A stretch of DNA of 64,000 nucleotides from Gallionellaceae bacterium (GTDB taxonomy: Bacteria; Pseudomonadota; Gammaproteobacteria; Burkholderiales; Gallionellaceae), in assembly GCA_049582805.1 (NCBI GenBank), contig JBAUUR010000012.1, positions 244-64,243 of the forward strand. Reading direction: 5' to 3'. Below the pieces are notes generated by a model. It worked only from the letters and a program-made list of their open reading frames with translations. It was not told the origin of the DNA and searched no databases. The position numbers and the translations under genes were made by a program. How positions within the stretch are numbered: position 1 is the first letter of the stretch; each line of letters starts with the position of its first letter. This document shows positions 60,810-64,000 of this stretch, piece by piece.

Positions 60810-61229
60810 TTAGCCCTTGAACTCGTTGAGCGCTTTCTGATAACGGTTGGCGTGGGAACGCTCCGCTTTGGCCAGGGTTTCGAACCAGTCGGCGACCTCG
60901 TTGAAGCCTTCCTCCCGCGCAGTCTTGGCCATGCCTGGATACATGTCGGTGTACTCGTGGGTTTCGCCCGCCACTGCACTTTTCAGATTGTCCTCGGTGC
61001 CGCCGAATGGCAGGCCGGTGGCAGGGTCACCGCATTGCTCCAGATATTCCAGATGACCGTGCGCATGACCTGTCTCTCCTTCGGCGGTGGAGCGGAACAG
61101 CGCGGATACATCGTTGTAGCCTTCGACGTCGGCTTTGCCTGCGAAATAAAGATAGCGGCGGTTGGCCATGGATTCGCCGGCAAAGGCGTCCTTCAGGTGT
61201 TGCTCGGTTTTGCTGCCTTTCAGTTTCAT
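60810..61229 (-). CDS. Rubrerythrin-family di-iron protein lacking the rubredoxin domain
   Basis: [32 protein letters not shown] and ERSHANRY give the two ExxH pairs. GAGGTG lies upstream of ATG 61229. Confidence 0.8.
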   Translation of the reverse strand: MKLKGSKTEQHLKDAFAGESMANRRYLYFAGKADVEGYNDVSALFRSTAEGETGHAHGHLEYLEQCGDPATGLPFGGTEDNLKSAVAGETHEYTDMYPGMAKTAREEGFNEVADWFETLAKAERSHANRYQKALNEFKG

Positions 61230-61454
61230 GATATTCACCTCACAATTGTTAAAAATATCGACTATCGATCAAGTGACCATAAGTCACGGCTAAAAGCATA
61301 CTATTATTCCATCCTGGAAAAGTTAAATTATTTTGATTATTTCGATCTATCCTGAAAACCGCAGTTGATCGGTGGGCAGGTATAGCCGTTGAGTCAAAGT
61401 CGCAGAACATTCTCTGCCAACTGCGGTATCCATGTTTACACGCCATTCGACAGT

Positions 61455-63458
61455 TCAAGCAGCCTTGAAGAACTCCACGGCTTCGGCCTCATCGCGGGTG
61501 CGCCTCATCGGCGGCAGGCTCTGCCAGATGCGCTTGCCATAGTGTTTGGAAATCAGGCGCGGGTCGCAGATCATCAGCACGCCGCGATCCGTTTCATCGC
61601 GGATCAGCCGCCCCGCGCCCTGCTTGAGGTTGATCACCGCGCGCGGCAACTGGTATTCCATGAACGCGTTGCGCCCCTGCCTGTTGAGCTGCGCGATGCG
61701 CGCCGCCAGCACCGGGTCGTCCGGCGGAGAAAACGGCAGCTTGTCGATGACGACCAGCGACAGCGCTTCGCCGCGCACGTCCACGCCTTCCCAGAACGAT
61801 TGGCTGCCCAGCAGCACCGCATTGCCATGCTCGCGGAAACGGCTCAGCAGCTCGTTGCGCGAGCCTTCGCCTTGCAGCATCAGCGGATAAGCGAGATTCT
61901 TGCGGTCAAATTCGGCAGTGAGGATTTCGTGCGCGCGCTGCATGGCGCGCAAACTGGTGAACAACAAAAATGCGCGTCCCTTGCTGGCCTCGATCAGCGG
62001 CAAGGCGGCCTGCACCACCGCCTCGGTGTAGCCGGGACTGTTCGGCTCCGGCATTTGCAGCGGAACATACAGCAACGCCTGCTCCGGATAGTTGAACGGG
62101 CTGTCCCAGCATGCCGTGCGCGCCTGCAGCAAGCCCATCTCGGTTTGATAATGCGAAAAATTCTGCTTCACCGCCAGTGTCGCGGAAGTGAAAATCCACG
62201 CGCGCGGATGGCCGCCGATCTGCTTGGCGAAGATCTCCGCGATCGACAGCGGCGTGGTGTTGAGCTGCACGGAATGGTGGAAGACTTCGAGCCAGCGCAC
62301 GAAGCCTTCCCTCTCCCCCGGTCCCTCACCCGCAAGCGGGCGAGGGGAACCATTACTTCCTCTCCCTCCGGGGGCGGGTTGGGGTGGGGGAACGCCCTGC
62401 CACTGCCTGATCTTCTCCAGCAACTCCACGCCGCGCTGCCAGCATTTCTCCAGTCCTTCACTGCGCTGCGCCTGGCTTTCCAGCAGGCTGTTGAGCTGCG
62501 CAAGTTTTTCGATGACAGTCGCGAATGCAGCGCTCCAGCCAGATAAATCTTCAGTCGCATTCGCGGGCATGCGTCCCTCCCCTTGCTTGAACACCAGACG
62601 CAAGTCGCGCGCGGCCTTGTCCAGCGCGTCGCTGGCGGTGGGCAGCGCGGCAAAATCATTGGCCGAGATCGCCGCTTCCAGGCGCGCATCGCGCGCGAGG
62701 TCGAGCAATTGCGAAGTCGAGATGCTGTCGCCGAAAAACAGGCTGGCGGTCTCCGGCAACTGGTGCGCCTCGTCGAAGATCACCGTGTTACAGGCCGGCA
62801 GCAACTCCGCCACGCCCTCGTCGCGCAGCATCACGTCGGCGAAGAACAGGTGATGATTCACCACCACGATGTCGGCCTCCATCGCCTCCTTGCGCGCCTT
62901 GAGCACGAAGCATTCCTTGTATTGCGGACACTCCTGCCCCAGGCAATTGTCGCGCGTGGAAGTCACCTGCATCCAGATCGGCGCGTTCTCCGGCACATCG
63001 GCCAGGCCGCTCTTGTCGCCGGACTGCGTCACCTTTGCATACTTGGCGATCTTGCCGAGATGGCGCACATCCTCGCGCGTGACGAAACGCCCTTCGGACT
63101 GCGCGCGCTCCAGATGAAAGTGGCACACATAATTTGCGCGCCCCTTGAGCAGCGCGATCGAGACCGGCGCCTTCAACACGTCGCGCACCGTGGGCAAATC
63201 CCTCTGGAACAACTGGTCCTGCAGATTCTTCGTGCCGGTCGAAATGATCACCTTGCCGCCCGCCAGCAGCGCAGGCACCAGATAGGCGAACGTCTTGCCG
63301 GTTCCCGTCCCCGCCTCGGCCACCAGGATCGCGTTGTCGCGTATCGCTTCCGCCACCGCCATGGCCATCTCTCGCTGCTGCGCGCGCGGACGGAACGACG
63401 CGACTTCAGCGGCAAGCGGGCTCTGTTCGGAAAAAAAACGTTCGACTTCGATGGACAC
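61455..63458 (-). CDS. dinG: DinG/YoaA-family ATP-dependent DNA helicase (Fe-S, XPD-like)
   Basis: EAGTGTGKTFAYLVP, Cys cluster (C...CLGQECPQYKEC), DEAH box (IFDEAHQL), and C-terminal GAGRLIRDETDRG. GTG start. Confidence 0.88.
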   Translation of the reverse strand: MSIEVERFFSEQSPLAAEVASFRPRAQQREMAMAVAEAIRDNAILVAEAGTGTGKTFAYLVPALLAGGKVIISTGTKNLQDQLFQRDLPTVRDVLKAPVSIALLKGRANYVCHFHLERAQSEGRFVTREDVRHLGKIAKYAKVTQSGDKSGLADVPENAPIWMQVTSTRDNCLGQECPQYKECFVLKARKEAMEADIVVVNHHLFFADVMLRDEGVAELLPACNTVIFDEAHQLPETASLFFGDSISTSQLLDLARDARLEAAISANDFAALPTASDALDKAARDLRLVFKQGEGRMPANATEDLSGWSAAFATVIEKLAQLNSLLESQAQRSEGLEKCWQRGVELLEKIRQWQGVPPPQPAPGGRGSNGSPRPLAGEGPGEREGFVRWLEVFHHSVQLNTTPLSIAEIFAKQIGGHPRAWIFTSATLAVKQNFSHYQTEMGLLQARTACWDSPFNYPEQALLYVPLQMPEPNSPGYTEAVVQAALPLIEASKGRAFLLFTSLRAMQRAHEILTAEFDRKNLAYPLMLQGEGSRNELLSRFREHGNAVLLGSQSFWEGVDVRGEALSLVVIDKLPFSPPDDPVLAARIAQLNRQGRNAFMEYQLPRAVINLKQGAGRLIRDETDRGVLMICDPRLISKHYGKRIWQSLPPMRRTRDEAEAVEFFKAA
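62306..62392. repeat. GEG-type repeat inserted in frame in the dinG-like gene
   Basis: ccttccctctcccccggtccctcacccgcaagcgggcgagggg...cctctccctccgggggcgggttggggtggggg, translated as GVPPPQPAPGGRGSNGSPRPLAGEGPGEREG. Confidence 0.75.
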
Positions 63459-63682
63459 GGCGGGAGTTGAGGGAATTTACGGCCGTCATGTTATCCCAAA
63501 CCAGCTTGCGCCGCGATTTTGTTGTGCGTTATTGTGTGTGCCGCCAGGCAGGGCGGGCACCCGTGCCCACGCGGATGCTGAACCTTGTGATGGATAATGC
63601 CAGGCAGGGGCTGCCCACCCTGCGATTTTTCAACCGACCCCGCCGATGATAATCGCCACCATCACCGCATCAGGAGATACGT

Positions 63683-64000
63683 AATGCAGATTTGGGTGGA
63701 TGCCGATGCGTGTCCGAAGGTGATCAAGGAAATTCTGTTCCGCGCAGCGGAAAGGCGGCAGATTCAACTGACGCTGGTGGCGAACAAGCTGCTGTATTGC
63801 CCGCCTTCGCGGGTGATCCGGGCGATGCAGGTGCCGGCGGGTTTCGATGTGGCCGATAACAGGATCGCGCAACTGGTCGAGCCGGGCGATCTGGTGATCA
63901 CCGCCGATATTCCGCTTGCTGCCGATGTGATCGCGCGCGGCGGCCATGCCTTGAATCCGCGCGGGGAACTTTACAGCGGGGATACGATCCGGGAGCGCCT
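63683..64000 (+). CDS. yaiI: YaiI/YqxD-family protein (DUF188), 3' end outside the window
   Basis: Hand translation [35 protein letters not shown]...[26 protein letters not shown] lies upstream. Not in the ORF track because no stop is reached. Confidence 0.75.

Noticed and set aside
58499-61229. An encapsulin nanocompartment operon, because of the EncFtn-like gene.
   Set aside because: No shell-protein-sized ORF with an HK97-like sequence is adjacent, and the ferritin-like protein lacks a targeting tail. Only the stand-alone interpretation is reported.
63630-63947. 105-aa minus-strand ORF at the right edge.
   Set aside because: The plus strand at 63683 onward encodes a well-recognisable YaiI/DUF188 N-terminus with a good RBS. 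The minus-strand ORF is its shadow.

Overview
This 64-kb window of high-GC (about 55-62 %) chromosomal DNA looks betaproteobacterial. That guess rests only on gene content: dapC-dapD-dapE-prmB, hpnCDE, htpG, rnr-rlmB, mdtABC-OMF, and msrB-dipZ-msrA under a SigF/NrsF pair. Most of the window is housekeeping, with two accessory patches.

(1) 1-8000 is a type I restriction locus on the minus strand (hsdR then hsdS; no hsdM in view). It is followed by an AT-rich two-gene cassette and a frameshifted XRE-HTH/ImmA peptidase gene. The cassette encodes a 477-aa protein with a PD-(D/E)xK-like C-terminus and a 302-aa SIR2-like protein. This pair is my best candidate for an undescribed defence module.

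(2) 38.7-46.9 kb is a mosaic island next to tRNA-Leu(CAG), carrying an integrase stub and two IS fragments. It holds a cNMP-binding protein plus an AI-2E transporter. It also holds one operon that fuses a partner-switching module (GAF-PP2C-RsbW-like kinase plus a STAS protein) to an Mla/MCE-type ABC transporter.

At least three families of palindromic repeats are scattered through the window, and several sit in frame inside hsdR, hpnE and dinG. All family calls come from motif recognition by eye. No database search was possible.
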